From Mytilus trossulus (taxonomy: Eukaryota), in assembly GCF_036588685.1 (NCBI RefSeq), contig NC_086373.1, positions 103,912,001 to 103,976,000 on the forward strand: a stretch of DNA of 64,000 nucleotides, given 5' to 3'. The notes under the pieces are model-generated. The model was not told the origin of the DNA. It ran no database searches and worked only from the letters and a program-made list of their open reading frames with translations. Positions 63,989 to 64,000 of the stretch are shown piece by piece. The position numbers and the translations under genes are program-made. Positions within the stretch are counted from its first letter, which is position 1. Each line of letters opens with the position of its first letter.

Positions 63989-64000
63989 GTAAAGTGATAT

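Overview
AT-rich, intron-rich animal genomic DNA. The repeat content suggests a bivalve, probably Mytilus-like (inference). Four protein-coding genes are well supported: a 14-coding-exon CDKAL1 (+, 14083-24494), a 3-exon ankyrin-repeat gene (-, 29884-40590), an intronless FoxE-like forkhead gene with an altered DNA-recognition helix (-, 43701-44834) and most of MCPH1/microcephalin (+, 51638 to the window end). The 3' exons of an unidentified gene are probable at 174-950 (-). The rest is a dense transposon mosaic: decayed LINE and Penelope-like fragments, Helitron/Helentron derivatives, MULE-, Harbinger-, Kolobok- and P-like MITEs, tRNA-derived elements and one N gap. The most unusual features are: (i) tandem amplification of three MCPH1 splice junctions, including 29 decoy copies of the BRCT1-exon acceptor; (ii) three unrelated long hairpins sharing tandem G.A mismatches and DNA-stable loops on one strand; (iii) Asn-to-Gly in forkhead helix 3; (iv) a composite KolobokP-like element; (v) about 50-bp P-like mini-MITEs. 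Coordinates were read by eye and no database searches were run.
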